From: Candidatus Micrarchaeota archaeon
Lineage (GTDB): Archaea; Micrarchaeota; Micrarchaeia; Micrarchaeales; Micrarchaeaceae
DNA: 64,000 nt
Assembly: GCA_027365565.1 (NCBI GenBank)
Contig: DAHXMI010000004.1
Location: forward strand, 71,142-135,141
Direction: 5' to 3'
A program made the translations under genes and the position numbers. Below the pieces are notes generated by a model. It was not told the origin of the DNA. It searched no databases and saw only the letters and a program-made list of their open reading frames with translations. Each line of letters starts with the position of its first letter. The stretch's first letter is position 1. This document shows, in pieces, positions 27,287 to 37,073 of the stretch.

Positions 27287-29010
27287 GCGTACACTTCCGG
27301 TTTTACTATTGAGCCGAGCCTTTCAGGCATATCGGGAACTGGAACGGTTGTGAGTTTGATGTTTTTGCCATTCATTGTGCAGATTATGTTCAGCTTCCAC
27401 TCCTTGCTCTTGTCCGGGAAGTCGCTCCTTGTATGCGCCCCCCTGCTCTCCTTCCTGAAGAGCGCGCTTCTCACGACGCATTCCGCCGCGATGAGCATCT
27501 TCTCCATCTCTATGCAGCCGAGCAGGCCCTGGTTGAACCGCACCGGCCCTTTCACCGATACGTCTCTTGCCCTTTCCTTCAGCTCGGATATCTTCTGCAA
27601 TGCCAGTGTGAGGTCGCGCTCGTTCCTTATTATGCCGACCCTGTCGCTCATTACCTCCCTGAGATCGTCTATTATCTCGTATGGGTTGGCCCCGCTTGGC
27701 GGTGATTCGGCAATGAAAGAGTTGATTCTGGATATTTCTGCCTCGACTTCCTTGTAGTCTGGCCTCTGCGACCCTGCAGAAGCCGCATACGCGGCCGCGC
27801 TGACCCCTGCCCTTCTCCCAAATACCAGTATATCTGCGAGGGAGTTGCCCCCGAGCCTATTTGCGCCGTGAAGTCCGCCCGCGGCCTCGCCGACGGCGAA
27901 CAGGCCGTCGACATTCGTCTTTGCGGTCTCCGGTTCGACGCGTATGCCCCCCATGAAGTAGTGTACCGTAGGCGCGACCTCCATCTTTTCCTTCGTTATG
28001 TCCACGCCTGCAAACTCCTTGAACTGGTCGTACATGCCGGGCAGCTTCCTCTTTATGAAGGCAGCGCCCTTGTGCGTTATGTCCAGGTAGACGCCGCCGT
28101 GCGCAGTCCCGTTGCCGTTCTGTATCTCATGGTAAATTGCCCTCGCCACCACATCCCTGGCATCGAGCTCCTTCTTCTCAGGGGAGTATCTTAGCATGAA
28201 GCGCTCGCCTTTCGTGTTGAAGAGAAGGCCGCCTTCGCCTCTCACTCCTTCGGTGACGAGCAGCCCTTTCACGCCGGGAGGATACACCATGCCAGTGGGA
28301 TGGAACTGCACCATCTCCATGTCCTGCAGCTCCGCTCCGGACTCGAAAGCCATCGCTATGCCGTCGCCGGTCGTCTCATGTGAGTTGGATGTCACCTTGT
28401 AGATCCTGCCGAGGCCGCCAGACGCGATTATGACAGCCTTGCATTCGAAGGCAATGAACTTGCCCGTCCTAAGAGAGAAGCCTACCGCGCCGCAGATCCT
28501 TCCGCCGCGCTTGAGCAGCCTGGTTACGACCGTCTCGTCGAGAAGCGTTGCGTTGCCTGTGTGGAGCACCTTGTCCTCAAGGGTCCTTATCATCTCCAGG
28601 CCGGTCTTGTCGCCGACGTGGCACAGCCTCTTGTATGTATGCGCGCCGAATGCCCTTTGCATTATCTTGCCGTCCGGTGTCCTGTCAAAGAGCGCGCCGA
28701 ACCTTTCGAGCTCGTAGACCCTTTCGGGCGCCTCCTTAGCAAGTATCTCCGCCATGCGGTAGTCGCCGATATAGGCACCCTCAACTATCGTGTCAGAGAA
28801 ATGCACTTCCCAGCTGTCCTTCGAATCCACATTCGCCACTGCGGCGGCTATGCCGCCCTCAGCCATGACAGTATGCGCCTTTCCCAGGAGGGATTTCGAT
28901 ACAAGGACGGCCTTGAGCCCTTTCGTAACTATTTCCAGCGATGCCCTGAGGCCTGCTCCGCCCATGCCTATTATGAGGACGTCGGTCTCCACCTTATCAT
29001 ACTCCACCAT
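27283..29010 (-). CDS. sdhA: Succinate dehydrogenase/fumarate reductase flavoprotein subunit
   Basis: FAD-binding motif DVLIIGMGGAGLRA at the chosen start MVEYDK. Other motifs: HTVMAEGG, RSHT-type HPTG. Confidence 0.9.
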   Translation of the reverse strand: MVEYDKVETDVLIIGMGGAGLRASLEIVTKGLKAVLVSKSLLGKAHTVMAEGGIAAAVANVDSKDSWEVHFSDTIVEGAYIGDYRMAEILAKEAPERVYELERFGALFDRTPDGKIMQRAFGAHTYKRLCHVGDKTGLEMIRTLEDKVLHTGNATLLDETVVTRLLKRGGRICGAVGFSLRTGKFIAFECKAVIIASGGLGRIYKVTSNSHETTGDGIAMAFESGAELQDMEMVQFHPTGMVYPPGVKGLLVTEGVRGEGGLLFNTKGERFMLRYSPEKKELDARDVVARAIYHEIQNGNGTAHGGVYLDITHKGAAFIKRKLPGMYDQFKEFAGVDITKEKMEVAPTVHYFMGGIRVEPETAKTNVDGLFAVGEAAGGLHGANRLGGNSLADILVFGRRAGVSAAAYAASAGSQRPDYKEVEAEISRINSFIAESPPSGANPYEIIDDLREVMSDRVGIIRNERDLTLALQKISELKERARDVSVKGPVRFNQGLLGCIEMEKMLIAAECVVRSALFRKESRGAHTRSDFPDKSKEWKLNIICTMNGKNIKLTTVPVPDMPERLGSIVKPEVYA

Positions 29011-29170
29011 GAAGCACCAGCCAATTAAACTATACGAAGGTAACGTATATATTCTGATTGTGAACAAAATCGCGCGGAGGTTGTAGACGTCTCCCCGCTT
29101 GAAGAACGTCAGCGTTGCTTTTTCTCTTGAGCTCCGATGAAAACCCACGGGCATTTCCTCCTGGGCGCAT

Positions 29171-29713
29171 CTACTTCTGCATCGTATCATTTCCAGCCAG
29201 GCCGCGTTCCAGTTTTGATAGGGCGATTTTCTGGAGAAGGACACTGTCCAACGACTCATACCCTTTAGCTCTTATTCCCAACCGCCTTGATGCTGCACCG
29301 GATTCCTTCGCTGTCGGTTCGAACTCAGATACGCGGCTTAGATTCTTTCTAAGCTTGCCGTATGCAGACTTGCTATCAGTAAATAACACGAAATCATTAT
29401 TCGTTTTTGCGCCGACTGTTTTTATTGCCGCGCTTATCTGCCTTGTCATTGCAGCAAACAGCAGCATCTCGACGCTGAGGCTGCTTGCCCTGTTCGATTT
29501 TTCAGAGAATGATACTCTTGCGTTTAGGTAGCTTGCCAGCAGGTGATCTCTGCTGACTATGGCCTTAGGGTCGAATATCTGGATCACATGGTTCCCGTAG
29601 GATTTCCGCATATCGGCTATCGCGTCTGTAACCGACTGGAGGGTGCCTATGCCCGATGCCCTTTTTATGATCAGGGATTGCGGTTTGACATTGAGCGAGC
29701 TTTCGGTCAGCAT
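29171..29713 (-). CDS. KEOPS complex subunit Cgi121-like protein (tentative)
   Basis: 180 aa. The pattern ...AIVSRDHLLASYLNARVSF...EMLLFAAMTRQISAAIKTVG fits the Cgi121 family. It is divergent from prs. Assignment is by recall only. Confidence 0.4.
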   Translation of the reverse strand: MLTESSLNVKPQSLIIKRASGIGTLQSVTDAIADMRKSYGNHVIQIFDPKAIVSRDHLLASYLNARVSFSEKSNRASSLSVEMLLFAAMTRQISAAIKTVGAKTNNDFVLFTDSKSAYGKLRKNLSRVSEFEPTAKESGAASRRLGIRAKGYESLDSVLLQKIALSKLERGLAGNDTMQK

Positions 29714-29803
29714 AATCTCAATGTAGATTGCGAAAAGGCATTTATTACTTTATTCCTATCCCTTCTTGTGATAGTCTACAGCATTGAGGGGTGCGGTAGC
29801 GGA

Positions 29804-30676
29804 ATGGCTGATGGCATAGCCTCCAGGCTGGGTGCCAAAAGTGCGGTCATTCACAGGAAAACATTCCCTGACGGCGAGCACTATCTGCAGGTAAGAGATA
29901 GTAAAGAGAAGGATGGCACCGCCGTACTCGTGTGTTCGATGTACCCGGACCAGAACGACAGGTTTCTCGACATACTTCTAGCGTCTGACGCGCTGAGGAG
30001 GTCAGGTGCGGCGGAGATATTGCTTACAGCGCCATACCTGTCCTACGCAAGGCAGGACCGAATTTTCCTTGATGGCGAGGCTCTGTCCGCCAGCGTCGTG
30101 GGCGGCGCATTCAGAACCGCAGGCATATCGAAGGTACTTACGGTAGAGGCGCATAGCAGGGAAGCGCTGGCGGCGTTGGGCGTGGAAACGGTCAATATAA
30201 GCGCCGAAGCGGAGATGGCAGGGTTTCTGAAGGGGGGCGGCACTGTTCCCGAAGTAATCGCTGCGAGCGATATGGGCACGTACGCCCGCGCAAAACGAAT
30301 CGCAGATTCCATCGGCGCGGAATTGATTGCGTTCGAAAAGGAGAGGGACAGGCATACAGGAAAGGCCACGTCTACTCTTAGTACGGACGTCAACCTGGAA
30401 GGCAAGGCAGTGACGCTGATCGATGATATGATAAGCTCAGGGGGCACGATAATGAATGCCGCAACAGAGATACTGCGGCGCGGCGCGAAGGAGGTGAACG
30501 CGCTATGCGTGCATGCCCTTCTTGTGGGCAATGCCGAAGAGAAATTGAAAGGCTGCGGCGTGAAGAGCATTTCAGGCAGCAACAGCATAGAGAACAAGTT
30601 TGCCGCGTACGACGTGGGCGAAGCGATAAGCAGGAGGATAGGGTCAATTCGGCAGATGCAGGAAGCGGGCGTGTGA
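29804..30676 (+). CDS. prs: Ribose-phosphate pyrophosphokinase (PRPP synthetase)
   Basis: PRPP-binding loop DDMISSGGTI and N-terminal NTP-binding region present. I chose the start at MADGIASRLG so it does not overlap the convergent gene. The track ORF 29543..30676 has an implausible 87-aa extension. Confidence 0.85.
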   Translation: MADGIASRLGAKSAVIHRKTFPDGEHYLQVRDSKEKDGTAVLVCSMYPDQNDRFLDILLASDALRRSGAAEILLTAPYLSYARQDRIFLDGEALSASVVGGAFRTAGISKVLTVEAHSREALAALGVETVNISAEAEMAGFLKGGGTVPEVIAASDMGTYARAKRIADSIGAELIAFEKERDRHTGKATSTLSTDVNLEGKAVTLIDDMISSGGTIMNAATEILRRGAKEVNALCVHALLVGNAEEKLKGCGVKSISGSNSIENKFAAYDVGEAISRRIGSIRQMQEAGV

Positions 30677-30726
30677 ACCGATGGAGAAAAATAAGCAGAG
30701 GAATAAACAGGGTACGAAGACTATTA

Positions 30727-31014
30727 CTACCTGTTTTCGAATGGCATATTCTGTATAGGGCATGTAATATAACCTATGCCCTGCTTGCACCGACGCTCCT
30801 TCCTTGCCGCCTCGGATATTGCCGTGCTGTCCCTATCAACACCCACGGCTTTTATCCTAGGATCCTTGCTTTTGAGGACTCTTAGAAACGCACCATTTCC
30901 ACATCCTGCATCCAATACCCTGCCTTTTATGAGTTTGGCAGCACTGCTTGGAGAGGAGACGAACCTTCTTGCATCTGCAAGATACCTGATCCTTTCTTTC
31001 CTTATGTCTCTCAT
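30727..31014 (-). pseudogene. Truncated class I SAM-dependent methyltransferase remnant (motifs I to III only, 95 aa)
   Basis: VLDAGCGNG (motif I), GVDRD, IQNMPF. It ends after motif III with no room for the C-terminal half before prs. Confidence 0.45.
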
Positions 31015-31038
31015 TACGAAACTCCTATTAAAGCCATG

Positions 31039-31500
31039 TTAGTCTTTCAGCTTTACACCAAATTGCCGTTCGTAATTTATTTTTTCTTCATATGTTGGTT
31101 TCCTTAATAGGTGTATAACATCTTTTACAGGTATTTCTTCGATATTTACATATGTGACTGGTTCGCTTGAAACCCATTGTCTTTCTCCTCCACTCTGACG
31201 AAACGTATTGCTGGAGAGCTTGTATACATATATTTGCTCCTGGGCGGGCCAACCTTCATAGGCGATTCCTTGAATTGGTGTTTTATCATAATAGAGGCCC
31301 CCACGCACCATACCTACACATTTAACTAGGGCCATGGCTATCGCAATGTCTTTATTATCCGATGCATAGACCCCAACCTGCACATTTTCTGGAACATTCC
31401 TTATATCCCTACCTTTTCTTGGCAAGAGCATATCTCCTTCTATCTTCTTGGGAGAGCCATGCCATAGGTATTTTGATTTTTCTTCCATACACTCAACCAC
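31039..31500 (-). CDS. Hypothetical protein; possible minimal ADP-ribosyltransferase-fold / Tpt1(KptA)-like catalytic domain
   Basis: YLWHGSP (H-G-S/T motif), GVYASDNKDIA (Y-[AF]-[AS]-D-like), and an AYEGW...IYVY segment. The similarity to ART/Tpt1 motifs is weak and taken from memory. Confidence 0.3.
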   Translation of the reverse strand: MVECMEEKSKYLWHGSPKKIEGDMLLPRKGRDIRNVPENVQVGVYASDNKDIAIAMALVKCVGMVRGGLYYDKTPIQGIAYEGWPAQEQIYVYKLSSNTFRQSGGERQWVSSEPVTYVNIEEIPVKDVIHLLRKPTYEEKINYERQFGVKLKD

Positions 31501-31539
31501 GAAGTTATGATTATATGTAAATTTTGTGATTTGGAATAT

Positions 31540-32361
31540 TCAGAGAAGGAAACTTTTGTATTTTGTGCTCTTCAACGTATCCCAAATAGTCTGCTTGCTT
31601 ATATTTTTGCTGTAATCTTCTGCGATTTCCATTAGATTATCAAAGTCGAATAATTGGCCGCGATGAGAAGACCTTATTTCGCCTCTTATTTTAGTAAGAG
31701 AAGTGTGACGTTCGATTTTGAGTTCCTTACTAATAATACCACGAGGGGTAAAATATCTTATTAGCGCTTCTTCGAAAGCCTTTGCCCCGTCTTTACGGTA
31801 ATCAAGCCTTTTGCTCTTAACCATCATGATGTGCATTAGTTCATGGACAAACTTGTCTATGATGTCATTGTTTTGAAGATCTTGTGGTATACTTAACCCA
31901 ATAATTGGGGGGTCATACGCAAGATTTATGCCTTGTGATGTTATTGCTCTATATAATTCGCAAAGAACCACATTAACTGACATTGGAAGGGTAAAATCAA
32001 ATATCCTTTTTATTAAATCGCTTAGTTCCCCTTCTCTACTTTCCATAAATTTTTCTATCACAAGTTTAGATTTCTCGAACCTAATATCATTTTTGTCTAT
32101 TAAATTGATAGAAAATAAATCGAGCAACTTTTTCAGTTCAGGCGCTTTAGTATAGTCTTCGTTTAAAGCATAGTTATACAATTTAAGCGCAGACGAGTGA
32201 CTTGGTTGATTATGCAAGTAATAAAATAAGTTATACCCTCTGTTGAAAAGGTCTCCAAAAACTTGCGGAAAATGGAGCAGTGTTATCGGTAAATTTCCGT
32301 ACATATGGTCAGTGATAAAAATTTTCCTGATGTCGTTCTTTGTCGTGAATGTAAGTTGCAC
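31540..32361 (-). CDS. Putative zinc metallopeptidase (HExxH...E)
   Basis: The motif FVHELMHIMM is followed by EEAL about 25 aa downstream, a gluzincin-like arrangement. The family is unassigned. Confidence 0.45.
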   Translation of the reverse strand: MQLTFTTKNDIRKIFITDHMYGNLPITLLHFPQVFGDLFNRGYNLFYYLHNQPSHSSALKLYNYALNEDYTKAPELKKLLDLFSINLIDKNDIRFEKSKLVIEKFMESREGELSDLIKRIFDFTLPMSVNVVLCELYRAITSQGINLAYDPPIIGLSIPQDLQNNDIIDKFVHELMHIMMVKSKRLDYRKDGAKAFEEALIRYFTPRGIISKELKIERHTSLTKIRGEIRSSHRGQLFDFDNLMEIAEDYSKNISKQTIWDTLKSTKYKSFLL

Positions 32362-32372
32362 TTCATCACTAT

Positions 32373-33356
32373 CTAAGATTTTATTTTAATTTTCGCCTTT
32401 ATAGATTCTTCCTTTCTTATCAAGTTTTCTGTAGTACATTGGCCTACGCTTGTCCTTAAATTTAGATAACGTTCTCTCGACTTATTCCATATTTCTTTCC
32501 ATGTTTCTTTGTATAGGTTACCGACATTAACATTTCTCAGAAGCAAACACGGCGTTACATTACCGTTTACTAAAACCCCTGCTCTTAGTAATCCAGCAGA
32601 ACATGATTTAAATTCGTACCTGCTTATCAGTGGTTGCTCTTCACCCAAAGTGGTACAATCCAACTTTACTCCTCTTATCAATAAATCCTTATTTTGCTTC
32701 TTAATCTCCTCTGCAATTTTATCATGCAACTCCGACATACTATTATAATCAATTGCCAGGTTACGAAATTCCCTTGGTGATAGAGAAAAGGTGGGTTGTA
32801 GTATTTCCAGATTAAATGATGTTAAATTTTCGTATGATAGTAACTTTCTCGCAGTATTTAGTACGTCAGTATAATTTGCTGATGTAACAACAATACCCAC
32901 GTTAAATTTGATATTGTTTTTTTCTAAAATCTCGATCCCTTTTAATGTTAATTCGCCAAATCCTCTATTTATATTATTTATCTCCGGATTGATGCTATCT
33001 AGCGAAATCTGTATAGCTATGCCTGCATCATCCGTTATGTTTTTAAGCCTAGCAATACTTTCTAAGGATAATTTATGAATCAGAGTTCCGTTTGTACTTA
33101 TTCCGATGCTACTATGAAATTTTTCTTTTGCAAATTCTAGGATGTCTAATATGTCTTTTCTTACGAAGGGCTCACCACCAAGCAAAATTAATTCAAATGG
33201 GTTGGCCTCTCTTTTCGTTTTATCTATTAAGTATTCTATATTGTCTAGTGGAGGTATAATGTTTTTAAAGGGTTTTGCAAAACAGTAGTTGCAACTAAGA
33301 TTACAAACACTAGTTACCTCTATTTCGACCCTGAATGGATATTTAGGAACAATCAA
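32373..33356 (-). CDS. Radical SAM enzyme with C-terminal twitch/SPASM-like auxiliary-cluster domain (peptide/protein-modifying family)
   Basis: CNLSCNYC (CxxxCxxC), GGEPF, STNGTL. C-terminal CSAGLLRAGVLVNGNVTPC (C-x12-G-x4-C) plus a further Cys (GQC). Confidence 0.8.
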   Translation of the reverse strand: MIVPKYPFRVEIEVTSVCNLSCNYCFAKPFKNIIPPLDNIEYLIDKTKREANPFELILLGGEPFVRKDILDILEFAKEKFHSSIGISTNGTLIHKLSLESIARLKNITDDAGIAIQISLDSINPEINNINRGFGELTLKGIEILEKNNIKFNVGIVVTSANYTDVLNTARKLLSYENLTSFNLEILQPTFSLSPREFRNLAIDYNSMSELHDKIAEEIKKQNKDLLIRGVKLDCTTLGEEQPLISRYEFKSCSAGLLRAGVLVNGNVTPCLLLRNVNVGNLYKETWKEIWNKSRERYLNLRTSVGQCTTENLIRKEESIKAKIKIKS

Positions 33357-33367
33357 AAAAGCACCAA

Positions 33368-33775
33368 TTATTTGTCAATCCTTAACACTTCCAAAATGTT
33401 AGGATTTGTCTTCTTGATTGACGCTATGTCTCTTTCCAGTAGGCCACTTAGAACGGTAGTGGCTGCTTCGTTCGCATAATATATACCACCTGTCCTAAGG
33501 TTTCTAACAAACCCGTCACTTCTTACGTTGATGAGGCTTTTTAAAGCAGGGTTCTCCGCCTTTATGCTGAGCATACGTAAATCGTTTTCCTCATCATCAG
33601 GATAATTGCTTTTTCCATCATAGTCAAACCATGCCCCTAGTAAATCATCCTTGTGGACACTAGTGTACTCCTGACTCGGGGAATACGCATACGGGACTAT
33701 CACAGGCTTGTCCGATGCAAGAGCCTTCTCTATTTCCTCTGTTTTCAGTGCTTTCTTTTCCAACCTTGTCTCCAT
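33368..33775 (-). CDS. Protein with C-terminal PqqD-like (RiPP recognition element-like) motif
   Basis: GGIYYANEAATTVLSGLLE resembles the PqqD (G)xxxLNETAAxI(W/L)ELxDG motif. The N-terminal ~80 aa are acidic/aromatic-rich. Promoter-like box upstream. Confidence 0.35.
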   Translation of the reverse strand: METRLEKKALKTEEIEKALASDKPVIVPYAYSPSQEYTSVHKDDLLGAWFDYDGKSNYPDDEENDLRMLSIKAENPALKSLINVRSDGFVRNLRTGGIYYANEAATTVLSGLLERDIASIKKTNPNILEVLRIDK

Positions 33776-33801
33776 GTCACCACTATAATTTATTCTGTTC
33801 C

Positions 33802-33814
33802 ATAAATTTAAAAA
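33802..33814 (-). promoter_or_regulatory. TATA-like box (TTTTTAAATTTAT on the minus strand) about 30 nt upstream of the island cassette
   Basis: It is an A/T box at the appropriate distance from the ATG at 33775. Confidence 0.4.
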
Positions 33815-33914
33815 GGTCGTGCTGGGATTCGGCAGTTGTCGAAAACAGGATGGACAGAGCTCACGCTAAGGCCTTTTTCAAAAGAAAAAAGAAAGATCAG
33901 AGAAGAGATTCGCA

Positions 33915-36750
33915 GATTAGACTTTAGTAACGGTATGTTCGCAGCTCGCGTGAGCTCGCTGCTTACGCACCCGTCCTATCAAAGCCGTCTATTGCGGCCG
34001 TCCTAGTGCCTCGTTTCGGGTAGGGCTTCGTCCTTAGATGCTTTCAGGGCTTATCCCCTTGGCGCGTGGCTACCCGGCAATGCTTACACAACCGGTAGAC
34101 TAGAGGCGCCGATCCCCCGTTCCTCTCGTATTAAAGGGATCTTATCCTCCGGCACTTACACTTCCAGTAGTTACTACCGTACTGTCTCGCGACGTACTGA
34201 ACGCAGCTCACGTGGGTTTTTAATGGACTTCAGTCCAACCCTTGGCTGCTTGTGCACAGCCAGGATAACCCGAGCCCATAACGATGTATCGAACCGCCGG
34301 GTCGATGTGGACTCTTACCGGCGACGAATCGGTTACCTCTAGAGTAACTTGTTTGGCAGACTGGAGCCCCATTAAAAGAGCTACCAGCGATCACATAAGC
34401 CCCTCTTTCGAGTCTGCGCCCCATGCTTTTAGAGGCACAGTCAGCCCCGCATTTGCCTTTATGTTTGAGGGCGGGTTTCCAACCCGCCTAAGCGGAGCAT
34501 AGGACACCTTCGTTTCTTTATAGAAGGCAGCCGTCCAGCCCAACTACCCACCTGCAGCTGTTCCTCACGGTTAGCCACGAGATAAGCTAAGAGTGGTGTT
34601 ACATTGTCGCTCCGCGCGCGCCGCAGCGCGCGCCTCGACGCTCCCACTTACGCTATGCATAACACATCTCATGACAACTACAGGCTGTAGTAAAGTTTCA
34701 TAGAGTCTTCTTTACCCACTGGAAGATCGCGGCATATTCACCGCGTAGTGAGTTCACCAGATCCAATGTTGGGACAGCAGGGGGATCGTTACGCCATTCA
34801 TGCAATCCGCCACTTAAGCGGCTAGGTATTACGCTACCTAAAGAGAGTCAGAGTTACTCCCGCTCTTTGCCAGCGCTTACTCCCGTTGAAACGGGTATTC
34901 ACGTACTGGCGGTGAGCAGGCGTCACCCACTGTACTTAGCGTTTCCGCTTTGCGGTGAGTTGTGTTTTAGATAAACAGTCGTCCCCCTCTTGTCAGTGAC
35001 ATCTGCGCTTCCTAAACGCAGACATGGTTTGTAGAAAACATACACCACTAATTTGCCGATTTCCCTAACATCGGTTATTCTGACACACCTCGGCCTTTTC
35101 AGCCAGCAACACTTTTAATAGATCTAGGTACGGACTTGTGTGATCGTTGCGGATTCCCTTTTCACGGGATCAGGAATTCAGTCCAAGTTCATTTAGTCGC
35201 TTCTCCTCATAACGAGACTCCACGACCATTTGCACGTTCTTTCGGACCTATCCCCAACCGTCAGAAATCTGCCTTGCGTTGCCGCTCCTACACACAAGGG
35301 GCAGGAATATTAACCTGCTTCCCTTTTGCTGCACTGTGGTTGGCGTGCAGCTTAGGATCGCCTAACCCTCCGCTGACAAGCGTTGCGAAGGAAACCGTGT
35401 GCTTAAGGTGTACGGGATTCTCACCCGTATTGGATATTACTAACACCAGGATATTCTCTGCGATACGGTCCACACGTCCTCTCGAACGTGCTTCTTGCCA
35501 TACCGCACGCCATCTTACCTATGCTTTCGCATATCGGGGTCTCGGTACCTGATTTAGCCCCGTATATCTTGAGCTGGAAGAATCTCAATCGGTCCGCTAT
35601 TACGCGTTGTTTAAAGGGTGGCTGCTTCTGAGCCTACCTCCCGACTGTCTATGAAACTTCCGGCCTTTGACACACTCAATCAGGATTTTGGGACCTTAAC
35701 CTCGATCACCGTCGTTCCGGTCTCGCAATGTTGGCTTACCCAGCATTGCCGACTCCAAGGGTCTACACAGCACGTGCATTCGGAGTTTGACAAAGAGGGG
35801 AGGCCTCTCGACCCCTTACCTCCTAATCGGTAGCTCTACCTCACGTGCAAGCTCGCCTTGAGCTATCCTAAAGATACTTCAGATGGGACCCGCTATTGCC
35901 ACGCTCGAATGGTTTATCGCCGCTACCCGCAGCTCGCCCAACAGGTTATACCATGACAGGTGGCGGACCTCCACCAGGCGTTAGCCTAGCTTCGTCCTGG
36001 CCGCGCGTAGTTCGCAGTGGCTTCGGGTCGTATAACAGTGACTTTGGCATTTTCATACCATGCGCCTCGTCTAGGACTGCGCGCTATCGCTTTCGCTCCG
36101 CCTTTCGGCTCGCCACTACCATACACTCCCTGGCTCTTGCTTCAAGAAGAATGATAAGACACTGGTCCATGCGCCTCGCTGGACGCTTTCGCGTCCTAGC
36201 TTCGGCACACTTCTACCCTTTCGTGCCTTACCTGCTTGTAACTGCCTAGTTTCAGATCTGATTTCACCCGCACGCGTGTGCGTTCTTTTTAACTTTCACT
36301 CACGCTACTCGTACGCTATCGGTCTATAGTCAATATTTAGGGTTGGGGTTTAATGCCCCCGTATTCGCACCGAATAATCAGCCGGTACTACTCGCTGCAG
36401 CTATCGCCAACACACTTAACCTACGAGGCTGTCACTCTCTATGGCCGCGCTTTCCAACGCGATCGGCTCATGTGCTGGCTGAATATCGCTACACCACATC
36501 TCCGTACCTTTTACAAGGACGGATTCAGTTCGCCCTGTGCGGCTTTCATTCGCATTACTTACCGCATCGAATGCTCTTTCTTTTCCTGCGGGTACTAAGA
36601 TATTTCAGTTCCCCGCGTGCGCATGCCTGCTTACGCAGGCACAATTCGGCAATCCCGGGTTCAAAGCCTGACTTGCGGCTACCCCGGGCTTATCGCAGCT
36701 TGCCACGGCCTTCATCGCTACTATAGCCTAGTCATCCCCTAGGCAGCTTA
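33915..36750 (-). rRNA. 23S (large subunit) ribosomal RNA, standalone (no linked 16S/5S within the window); ends approximate
   Basis: Conserved LSU blocks on the minus strand: GCAAGCUGCGAUAAGCC near the 5' end (+36700 region), CUGAAAGCAUCUAAG near the 3' end (+34040 region). The flanks can pair as a processing stem (GCGAATCTCTYCTC at 33896 to 33910 and 36765 to 36780). Confidence 0.9.
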
Positions 36751-36912
36751 AATTTTGCGAATCTCTCCTCCTCACATCAATCATGCAAACAGCACGATAT
36801 CACAAAGATTGATACTGCTCAATGCCAAGCTTTCAAATGCAGAAGCATAAAAAGATCAGGCTTCAGCATGTCATGGGCATAAGAGCACCGCAATATATTG
36901 AAGCAACAAGGT

Positions 36913-36920
36913 TTAAATAC
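36913..36920 (-). promoter_or_regulatory. Candidate rRNA promoter TATA (TATTTAAA on the minus strand) about 170 nt upstream of the 23S 5' end
   Basis: The element is TATA-like and precedes a leader containing the processing-stem strand. Confidence 0.35.
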
Positions 36921-37023
36921 GTTTCCTCGATTTGCAGCACTCGGCACGGCTCATGGCAGGATTAACGGAACATTCTCGTGCGCTGCGGCCTAGTGGGAAA
37001 CACGTACTTGCCCGCTCAGATAG

Positions 37024-37034
37024 CTATTTAAATG
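37024..37034 (+). promoter_or_regulatory. TATA box (CTATTTAAATG) for the downstream membrane-protein gene
   Basis: It is about 40 to 50 nt upstream of the MDNLKS start. Confidence 0.4.
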
Positions 37035-37073
37035 AAGCAAGCGCCTTTATGTCAGGTGGCAACGATGTCAATT

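Larger units (their letters stand above)
31015..33790. mobile_element. AT-rich genomic island (about 35% GC versus about 52% for the flanks) carrying a four-gene minus-strand cassette; putatively horizontally acquired
   Basis: There is an abrupt composition shift at about 31015 and at the 23S 3' flank (about 33790 to 33915). Inside are four tightly packed genes with 11 to 38 nt spacers. Confidence 0.5.

Noticed and set aside
27283-29259. Extended N-termini in track ORFs for sdhA (27283..29259), prs (29543..), the Yip1-like genes (37032.., 38153..), truD (39589..) and the aminotransferase (61392..)
   Set aside because: The extensions precede conserved N-terminal motifs (FAD-binding GxGxxG, MADGIASRLG and others). 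They overlap convergent genes or TATA boxes and are hydrophobic or odd in composition. Internal Met starts were preferred.
33715-33927. 70-aa Cys/His-containing plus-strand ORF as a RiPP precursor for the radical SAM cassette
   Set aside because: It is antisense to the 5' end of the PqqD-like gene. It runs through the cassette promoter and into the 23S 3' flank. It is AT-rich and has no independent promoter.
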